Part shown: piece after piece, positions 1-6,181 of the stretch
Layout: each line of letters begins with the position of its first letter
Numbering within the stretch: position 1 is the first letter of the stretch
Assembly (NCBI GenBank): GCA_043732305.1
Contig: JAYTHU010000150.1
Location: forward strand, 1-11,368
DNA from: Oligoflexia bacterium
GTDB taxonomy: Bacteria; Bdellovibrionota; Bdellovibrionia; JABDDW01
DNA length: 11,368 nt
Reading direction: 5' to 3'
Made by a program: the position numbers and the translations under genes
The notes under the pieces: generated by a model
What the model was told of the DNA's origin: nothing
What the model saw: only the letters and a program-made list of their open reading frames with translations
Databases searched by the model: none

Positions 1-314
1 TAGCTGCTTGCGACCGTTATTCATCGGCTACAGGCCTTTTTCATTAATATATTAAACAAAAAGAAGCGCTCATCGCTGTTTCGACAAGGGTGGTGCTCAT
101 CGTTGCCAGGGCCTGTCAACCCACCATTGAAATGTTGCGGGGCGTTCTCCTACAGCTGTCTTTGTGCTTGCCTGACTTCGTGGTATTTCCATGCACACGA
201 CCATGCAGGTACGCGCCGAAAAGCCCGTGGGCTTATCGACGCTGGCTGGCCGGTATCCAGCTTGCATTTCGCTGCTGAACCGAGCCTTATCAAACACATC
301 CCAAGGAGTTTTAC

Positions 315-607
315 ATGGCCCAAGACAACGATCTGAACTTAGAACCCATCAGCAAAGCGCCCGGCTCGTATCCGGCCGGAACGGGCGTGGGTTCCGCGTC
401 AGGTGCCGCCCGCCCGGTCGACGCGGACGATGATGTGATCGAGACCCTCAATGACCTGCTGGAAACCTGCCGGGACGGCGAGTACGGTTTTCGCGAGTGT
501 GCCGAGCACACCAAGGCAGCAGACCTTAAAACCCTGCTTTCACGCCACGCAGAAGAATGCGTTGATGCCGGCTCGGAACTCCAGGCGCTTATTCACGAGA
601 TGGGCGG
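315..607 (+). pseudogene. PA2169/DUF2383-family four-helix-bundle (ferritin-like) protein, N-terminal half only, truncated at a sequence junction
   Basis: SD AAGGAG at 303-308 precedes ATG 315. Translation DDVIETLNDLLETCRDGEYGFRECAE...LQALIHEMGG matches the PA2169 N-terminal pattern (LNDL..xDG..GF...LGG). The expected second half (HRGW...ECERGED) is absent, and the ORF continues to 725 in unrelated sequence that is antisense to the next gene. Confidence 0.75.
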
Positions 608-1357
608 AACCAATTTCACGGGCGGCAGTTTAAATTTAGTCAGGCAAACCGGAGAAGGAAGATTTGCGAGCTCAGCTTTTATCTCCGCCACTTTCTTGGC
701 ATTGCGATCAACACAAGTGAAGTGATCCAGTTCCTTGCTCAGTGATTCTATTTTATCGAGCGCCAAACTTTCTATATCCGAGCACTCATGAGGTGCGGGG
801 CAACCTTCCCACGCAACGACATCCGTTAAATCTTGATTTTGAAAAAGATGCGGAGGACACCGATTGGCTAAAGGCATTCTTGGAACAGGAGTCACTTCGC
901 CAGCCGAACAACCAGCAATAACTTCCGCAACTGTTTCTAGATTCCATTTTTTCTGTCCCATTTTTATAGCGGCTAAAGGACAGACATCGTCAATCGTTTC
1001 ACCAAGGCTGTTACGATATTCATGATTTTGTAATTTCTCTTTATTTTTATTCACTGCCGCTAGTATTTTCTTCGACAATTGCGGAGTACTATCCCAAGCG
1101 TGAAGAAAATTTGGATCAATCGAATAACTTTTGTTTTGATATTTCACAACGCAGTCACCTGGTTTCCATTGAACAGATGTCACGATGAAAAACTGGTCAG
1201 AATTGACCGTGGTGATTTCCTGCGAAATCAGTGATTTCAGTTCTACACGTTGAGTTGGCTTTACATTTTGTCCCACCCCAAAAGGGCAATTTTCCCACCG
1301 GACGGCAAAAGAATTGCTGCTCACGAATAGCAGTAAAGCGAATACTAAAAATTTCAT
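593..1357 (-). CDS. secreted Cys-rich hypothetical protein (C-terminus possibly altered by the junction at ~600-625)
   Basis: 254-aa ORF with a Sec-type signal peptide MKFLVFALLLFVSSNSFA and 9 Cys. GGGG SD-like sequence at ~1365-1368. Starts 12 bp after the nth stop. Confidence 0.75.
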   Translation of the reverse strand: MKFLVFALLLFVSSNSFAVRWENCPFGVGQNVKPTQRVELKSLISQEITTVNSDQFFIVTSVQWKPGDCVVKYQNKSYSIDPNFLHAWDSTPQLSKKILAAVNKNKEKLQNHEYRNSLGETIDDVCPLAAIKMGQKKWNLETVAEVIAGCSAGEVTPVPRMPLANRCPPHLFQNQDLTDVVAWEGCPAPHECSDIESLALDKIESLSKELDHFTCVDRNAKKVAEIKAELANLPSPVCLTKFKLPPVKLVPPIS

Positions 1358-1369
1358 TTGAGAACCCCG

Positions 1370-2020
1370 TTAATTTAAACCCCGTTGTGGACAAAGTGCG
1401 ATCAATTCACAATGCGCGCAATCAGGCTTGCGAGCGTCGCAAACTGCTCTGCCATGACTTATCAACCAATGAGAAAAAGGTGTCCAATGTTTTTTTTCAA
1501 CAACTTCCATCAGCGCAATTTCTAGTTTCACCGCGTCAGTTCCCTGAGCTAAATTCAATCGATTTGAAAGCCGTGTCACGTGGGTGTCGACCACCATGGA
1601 TGGAATTCCAAAAATTTGGCCGAGCACCACATTGGCGGTTTTTCTTCCCACTCCAGGCAACTCTGTGAGCTCGTTTATCAAACCAGGAACTTTTCCTTTG
1701 TGCAATGCCAACACTTGCGCACTCATGGCTTTGATGTTTTTAGCTTTATTTTTATAAAACCCAGTAGATTTGACTAGATTTTCTAATTCTCCAATATCGC
1801 ATGACGCAAAATCGCTCGGAGTTTTAAATCTTTTGAACAACGCTGGAGTGGTCATGTTCACGCGCTTGTCCGTGCACTGTGCACTGAGCATGACCGCGAT
1901 CAAAAGCTCAAAGGCATTCTTATGTTCGAGGAAACATTCAACATCGGGATAGAGCACATCTAATATGTCGATTAATTTTTGAACCCGAACTCTCTTGTTT
2001 ACGAGCGATTCTTTGGCCAA
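1370..2020 (-). CDS. nth: endonuclease III (DNA glycosylase/AP lyase, HhH-GPD, [4Fe-4S])
   Basis: LLIAVMLSAQCTD; HhH LPGVGRKTANVV with catalytic Lys; VDTHV with catalytic Asp; C-x6-C-x2-C-x5-C cluster (CDARKPDCAHCELIALC). TTG start lies 2 bp after the polX stop. Confidence 0.97.
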   Translation of the reverse strand: MAKESLVNKRVRVQKLIDILDVLYPDVECFLEHKNAFELLIAVMLSAQCTDKRVNMTTPALFKRFKTPSDFASCDIGELENLVKSTGFYKNKAKNIKAMSAQVLALHKGKVPGLINELTELPGVGRKTANVVLGQIFGIPSMVVDTHVTRLSNRLNLAQGTDAVKLEIALMEVVEKKHWTPFSHWLISHGRAVCDARKPDCAHCELIALCPQRGLN

Positions 2021-2022
2021 AG

Positions 2023-3759
2023 TTAATGTGCTTTCCTAGCGCCGTAACCTTTGAGAACGCTCAATACTTTATTTGCCGGAAGTACATTGACGACGTCTTT
2101 TGAACCTAACCAAGCTTTTCGCGCAATGCCGATTCCAAATTCAATATCCTCTAAACCGGCCACGCTGTGCGCATCTGGATTGATACTGACGCGCCCTTTT
2201 TTCTCTTTCAGATATTTTCCATAGCGCCAATCCAAATCCAATCTCTGTGGATTTGCATTGAGCTCCATGATCACGTTCTGCTTGCATGCTTCGTCGATAA
2301 TTGTGTTCACATTGAATTTTGCAGGCTCGCGCCCCATTAAAATTCTAGCAGTTGGGTGACCGAAAAAATCAAACAAAGGATGTGTCAGAGCCTTCAGGAC
2401 ACGCGCGGTCATTTTATCTTCAGCTTGGGTGAGTCCTCCATGCAAACTACCAATAATGAAATCAAACTTGATCAGAAACTCATCTTCATAATCCAAACTT
2501 CCATCAGAAAGAATATCTGATTCAACGCCGCGAAAAATTTTGATCTTGAATTGCTTTTGCATCTCGTTAATTTTTTTGAACTGCTCCATCATTCGATCTT
2601 TGCGCAGTCCATTCGCGTACGCTTCAGACGAAGCGCTGTGATCACTGATTCCAATGTATTCAAAACCCAATCTCTGTGCCCCAGCAACCATTTCCTCGAG
2701 AGTGTTCATTCCATCGCTGTCTGTTGTGTGGCAATGAAAAACGCCCTTGATCTCACCATTTTCAATGAGAGTGGGAAGGGTGTGCTGTTGGGCCGCTACT
2801 ATCTCGCCCATATTTTCACGAAGTTCGGGAACAATATAATCGAGGCCGAGAACTTTAAAGATCGCGGTCTCATCCGAGCAAGCAATTGTCTGTTCACTGC
2901 CATCTGGAAATAAACCGTACTCATTGAGTTTCAGATTTTTCTCTTTGGCAATTTGTCTCAACGTGACGTTATGTTCTTTGCTACCTGTGAAATAGAGGAG
3001 TGCAAATGGGAATTCTTCCGGTGTGACTATTCTCAAATCGCAGGCCATTCCATTTTTCAAAACAGCTGAAATTTTTGTGTCACCATTCGCGGTGATTCTA
3101 TCAATTTGCGGAAGTTTTAAAAACTTTTCCGCAATGGATTGTGGATCTCTTGTAGCAACTAAAACGTCCATGTCTTTGACGATTTCTTTTTTGCGCCGCA
3201 AAGAACCGGCTACTTCCACAATCTCCGCGGATTTTACGGATTTCAATGAGGCGGCGAGAAGTCGTGCTTCTAAAACCGCATCCGAAAACAAAAAACTATT
3301 TTGAAACTTTTTCTGAAATTCAATAGCTGCAAGAATTTTTACTTGTGTCTTTTCTCCAAAACCAGCGAGCTCAACCAATCGATTTCTGAGGCAAGCCATT
3401 TCCAATTGAGAAACACTTTCGATTCCCATTTTCTCAAACAGAACTCTCACTTTTTTCGGGCCGAGCCCTGAAAGAGACAGCATATCAATCACGCCTTGTG
3501 GCACGCGCAATTTTAAATTTTCATGCTCGGCGATTTTTCCAGTTTTATAAAACTCAGTGATCTTCTCTTTTAGCGCAGGACCAATGCCTTTGATTTCGCC
3601 AATCGATTCATCTTCGATTGCTTTATCAAGATCGCCCTCAAACATTTCAATGATTCTTGCGCCGTTTTGGTGGGCTCTGATTTTAAATGGATTTTCTCCA
3701 AGGAGTTCTAAGAGAGTGGCAACAGCTGATAGTGTTTCAACCAGTTTTGCTCTCTCCAT
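2023..3759 (-). CDS. polX: DNA polymerase X family with C-terminal PHP domain
   Basis: GENPFKIRA N-terminus; HhH motifs IKGIG, LSGLGPKK, GFGEKT; AGSLRR..KDMDVL and CDLR give an intact catalytic Asp triad; YFTGSKEHN; PHP motifs HCHT.SDG, SDHS, GVESDI, GHPT, NPDAH. Confidence 0.97.
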   Translation of the reverse strand: MERAKLVETLSAVATLLELLGENPFKIRAHQNGARIIEMFEGDLDKAIEDESIGEIKGIGPALKEKITEFYKTGKIAEHENLKLRVPQGVIDMLSLSGLGPKKVRVLFEKMGIESVSQLEMACLRNRLVELAGFGEKTQVKILAAIEFQKKFQNSFLFSDAVLEARLLAASLKSVKSAEIVEVAGSLRRKKEIVKDMDVLVATRDPQSIAEKFLKLPQIDRITANGDTKISAVLKNGMACDLRIVTPEEFPFALLYFTGSKEHNVTLRQIAKEKNLKLNEYGLFPDGSEQTIACSDETAIFKVLGLDYIVPELRENMGEIVAAQQHTLPTLIENGEIKGVFHCHTTDSDGMNTLEEMVAGAQRLGFEYIGISDHSASSEAYANGLRKDRMMEQFKKINEMQKQFKIKIFRGVESDILSDGSLDYEDEFLIKFDFIIGSLHGGLTQAEDKMTARVLKALTHPLFDFFGHPTARILMGREPAKFNVNTIIDEACKQNVIMELNANPQRLDLDWRYGKYLKEKKGRVSINPDAHSVAGLEDIEFGIGIARKAWLGSKDVVNVLPANKVLSVLKGYGARKAH

Positions 3760-3993
3760 TTAAGCGTCGTCATTTCCGATGGCTTCAACCGGGCAACCAT
3801 TCATGGCTTCCTTGCATTCGGTTTCGCCCTCTGGAGTGGTAGGCTGGATAGCTAAAAGCGCATGGCTTCCGTCTTCATTCATTTTGAAATAATCGCCCGC
3901 AAGCATGCAGCAGTTGTCACAAGCGATGCAGCTCTGATCGACATAGAATTTCCCGGGGGCGTTATCTTCATATTTATTGGACTTATCAGCCAT
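3760..3993 (-). CDS. single-cluster [4Fe-4S] ferredoxin (77 aa)
   Basis: FYVDQSCIACDNCC...CKEAMNGCPVEAI gives CxxCxxC...CP plus two extra Cys (possible disulfide). Start moved from 4017 to ATG 3993 (MADKSNKY) because SD AAGGAG lies ~10 nt upstream of it. Its stop TAA directly abuts the polX ATG. Confidence 0.93.
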   Translation of the reverse strand: MADKSNKYEDNAPGKFYVDQSCIACDNCCMLAGDYFKMNEDGSHALLAIQPTTPEGETECKEAMNGCPVEAIGNDDA

Positions 3994-4030
3994 TTGGCTC
4001 GAACTCCTTGAATGCATTAAAAGCCTTCTT

Positions 4031-4060
4031 AGAATTAACTTATTAGGCGCAAAATGTCAA
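4031..4060 (-). promoter_or_regulatory. candidate sigma70 promoter for the ferredoxin-polX-nth operon
   Basis: Perfect TTGACA at 4060-4055. The AT-rich TTAATT/TAATTC 16-17 bp downstream is only a weak -10. Confidence 0.35.
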
Positions 4061-4239
4061 TCGTGGGAAGAGTTGAGTTGATTTCCATTCGGCGCGATAA
4101 GCTGCAGCCTATGGCACGGACAATATGTGCAGAGCTGCGTACTGAATGCCAGTGACGTAGTTAGAATGCGAGTATCCTCACGAGCCTGCCGTAGGAAGCA
4201 CGTTTAGCAAAAGAAGAAAAACTATCTCCAGTGATATTT
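4052..4239 (+). ncRNA. ~188-nt rod-like imperfect palindrome (structured RNA or MITE/palindromic repeat element; family unassigned)
   Basis: Nested stems found by hand: AAATGTCA 4052-59/TGATATTT 4232-39; AGTT-TTTC-TTC 4076-90/GAA-GAAA-AACT 4213-23; TAAGC-TGC 4098-4105/GCA-GTTTA 4198-4206; CCTATGGCA 4108-16/TGCCGTAGG 4187-95; ATAT-TGCA 4123-31/TGCG-GTAT 4167-75; AGCTGCGT-ACTG 4133-44/CAGT-ACGTAGTT 4150-62; apical loop AATGC. Confidence 0.5.
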
Positions 4240-4277
4240 CCTTTGAGATCTCTGGTTCCAAAGAGACGCCGTTAATT

Positions 4278-4307
4278 TTGATAGCAATAGTGCGTCATTG
4301 TGATAAT
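4278..4307 (+). promoter_or_regulatory. candidate sigma70 promoter for the CDF gene, with a short dyad in the spacer
   Basis: TTGATA (4278-83), 18 bp spacer, TGn-GATAAT (extended -10, 4302-07). CAAT..ATTG inverted repeat lies in the spacer. The ATG is 9 nt after the -10 and has no SD. Confidence 0.5.
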
Positions 4308-4316
4308 AAATAATCC

Positions 4317-5237
4317 ATGAGCTCGCACAATCATGATCAAGGACATTCTCACGCCAATTCGTTTGACAAAAATACGGGCGCATTAAAAGCAGCGTTAATT
4401 CTGACGGCAACGTTTATGGTGATCGAAGTAGCCGGCGGATACTTCACCCACAGCTTGGCGCTTTTATCCGATGGCATTCACATGCTCACAGATGCCGCCG
4501 CTTTGGGAATGAGCCTGGCCGCGTTTTACATCGCCCGCAGACCGGTAAGCAAAAAACGCAGTTTTGGTTTTTACCGGCTCGAAGTGTTGGCTGCTTTTGC
4601 TAACGGAATTTTCCTAATTATACTTTCGTGCATGATTATCACTCAAAGTTGGCAGCGACTCCACGAGCCAGTTGAAATCAAAGCTCTAGAAACAATGGGC
4701 ATCGCATTCATTGGTTTGCTTTTTAATGTCTACAGCGCTTTTATTTTACTCAAGGCAGATCACGGAAATCTAAATGTACGAAGTGCATTTTTTCACGTGA
4801 TGGGAGATTTGCTTGGATCAGTGGGCGCAATCACTGCCGCGGCATTTGTCTATTGGTTTCATTGGAAAGAAGCTGACGCGCTCATTAGTATTTTAATCAG
4901 CGGGATTATTATTGTTTCTGCCTGGAGATTAATTTCTGACACTGTTCATGTCATGCTTGAAGGCACGCCTTCACATATTGATGTCGATGAAGTGACTAGT
5001 GCTCTTAGCGGATTGCCCGGTGTGGACGAGGTTCATGATCTTCACGTGTGGTGCATTTCTTCTGATATTGTGAGCCTGAGCGCGCATGTGGTTTCAAAGA
5101 ATTGCAGCGACACCGATGTAAGTCATTCGCTACTCATGAATATTCGTGAACTGTTACTCACGAAATTCAATATTAGTCATGTGACGATTCAAATTGAAAA
5201 AGAAAATCTCAAAGGTCTAGAACCCGCACATTTTTAG
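4317..5237 (+). CDS. czcD: cation diffusion facilitator (CzcD/ZitB-like Zn2+/Co2+/Cd2+ exporter)
   Basis: His-rich N-terminus; SLALLSDGIHMLTD (TM2 HxxxD); SFGFYRLEVLAA; NLNVRSAFFHVMGD (TM5 HxxxD); C-terminal domain VHDLHVW...HVTIQIE. Confidence 0.95.
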   Translation: MSSHNHDQGHSHANSFDKNTGALKAALILTATFMVIEVAGGYFTHSLALLSDGIHMLTDAAALGMSLAAFYIARRPVSKKRSFGFYRLEVLAAFANGIFLIILSCMIITQSWQRLHEPVEIKALETMGIAFIGLLFNVYSAFILLKADHGNLNVRSAFFHVMGDLLGSVGAITAAAFVYWFHWKEADALISILISGIIIVSAWRLISDTVHVMLEGTPSHIDVDEVTSALSGLPGVDEVHDLHVWCISSDIVSLSAHVVSKNCSDTDVSHSLLMNIRELLLTKFNISHVTIQIEKENLKGLEPAHF

Positions 5238-5920
5238 AGACGATTGAGCAGATTGCGATAAATGTCATCGTTCTTGATGAATTTTACGCCGACTGCATTT
5301 CGGCCTTGCCAATATCCACGCTCGGCCTTCCAGACAACTTCCACATCGACGACATAAGATTTTGAAACTTTTTCGAGCGGCACGGTGAGTTTTAAAATAT
5401 CACCGTGATGGATCGACTCATGACTTTCCACTTCAATGTAAGCACCACCCCGGGACATGTTGAAAACTTGTCCGGAGCAAGTGTCACCGGTCTGCGATTT
5501 TTCGATCACTATTTTTTGATCTGTATAGAATCGGCGATAAACTCTTTGCACGACCTGTTTTCCTTGAACCAGTTTTTGGGCAATTCCCCATACGTCTTTT
5601 GATTCAAAAGGCTTTTCAATCAAAACAGTTTTGTCGATTTTATTGAGAGCGTTCAAAGCGTCTTTGTGAACGTGCGTGGCAAAATTAATCACCGGGAAAT
5701 TATATCCCATCTGTCGAATTTGCTGAGCAAACTGGGCTTTATCAGTCGTGAAAGCTTCGAAATTAAAAACGAGGCAATCGACTTTATTTTTCTTTAACTG
5801 CTCCAACACAGAAGAAGCGTCACAAAGATGAACACGGTACAACTTATTGAGTTCCAATTCTTCCCGGATTCTAGTGGCACTATCATCTTTGGCACTGACC
5901 ATTAAAAATTCATAAAGCAT
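5234..5920 (-). CDS. atypical (pseudo-)receiver domain plus PilZ domain protein
   Basis: N-terminal CheY-like pattern (VDCLVFN...FPVINFAT...IEKPF). C-terminal PilZ with RxxxR (RVYRR), NxSxxG (NMSRGG), VVW and GVKF. SD GAGGAG at 5935-5930. Confidence 0.88.
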   Translation of the reverse strand: MLYEFLMVSAKDDSATRIREELELNKLYRVHLCDASSVLEQLKKNKVDCLVFNFEAFTTDKAQFAQQIRQMGYNFPVINFATHVHKDALNALNKIDKTVLIEKPFESKDVWGIAQKLVQGKQVVQRVYRRFYTDQKIVIEKSQTGDTCSGQVFNMSRGGAYIEVESHESIHHGDILKLTVPLEKVSKSYVVDVEVVWKAERGYWQGRNAVGVKFIKNDDIYRNLLNRL

Positions 5921-6041
5921 TTGGCAAGTCTCCTCAAAAGAACTGATCGGTAGATGGACTGTGAAAGTTCAATCGTGTGCTTGAGCTCATAAAAAAGCTC
6001 CATCTCAATAGACTTGAAAAGTGTGTATATTATAGACGAAT

Positions 6042-6160
6042 TAAGTAGCAGCTTGGCTCGCATGAATACGGCACGTCTTATGCAACAGGTCGCTATATGA
6101 ATTTCGACCCAGCACGCAAGCATACGGAGTAACACATTTGCTCAAACTTCAAGTACTCCG
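6042..6160 (+). other. structured intergenic element (three-way-junction-like fold plus a hairpin); possible sRNA or diverged repeat
   Basis: GCTTG 6051-55/CAAGC 6117-21; GCT 6056-58/AGC 6111-13; GCATGA 6060-65/TTATGC 6078-83; GGTCG 6088-92/CGACC 6105-09; CGGAGTA 6125-31/TACTCCG 6154-60. Confidence 0.3.
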
Positions 6161-6181
6161 GAAATTAAATTTTGCGCTAAT

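Noticed and set aside
66..155. GCTCATCG direct repeat (68-75/95-102), GGTGG/CCACC stem and TCCTACA motif upstream of the PA2169-like gene
   Set aside because: These are short motifs that could be regulatory, but none can be assigned from this window.
90..514. Several short overlapping ORFs (90..278, 97..297, 103..336, 191..433, 311..514)
   Set aside because: No SD or recognisable motifs; expected by chance in GC-rich DNA.
315..725. 136-aa ORF as an intact gene
   Set aside because: The last ~40 codons are the antisense of the 593..1357 gene and lack the PA2169 C-terminal helices.
3994..4017. Longer starts in the ORF track (ferredoxin 4017; also protease 10053 and HD-like 11174)
   Set aside because: Downstream ATGs have an SD and/or place the signal peptide at the N-terminus.
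4111..4206. Tiny + strand ORFs MARTICAELRTECQ and MRVSSRACRRKHV as metal-sensing leader peptides for czcD
   Set aside because: No SD; they lie inside the palindrome and upstream of the better czcD promoter candidate.
4052..4239. SRP RNA or NiCo (czcD) riboswitch identity for the hairpin
   Set aside because: GGAAGCA is present, but the SRP domain IV CAGG-NCC-GNRA-GG-AAGCAG apical arrangement is not. The fold is a rod, not the NiCo four-way junction.
6042..6160. c-di-GMP-I (GEMM) riboswitch or hammerhead ribozyme upstream of the PilZ gene
   Set aside because: No GCAAACC...GNRA...GACGCAAA GEMM pattern and no CUGANGA/GAAA hammerhead core on either strand.
6125..6160. Intrinsic terminator for gltA
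   Set aside because: The 7-bp stem has a 22-nt loop and no U-tract on either side.
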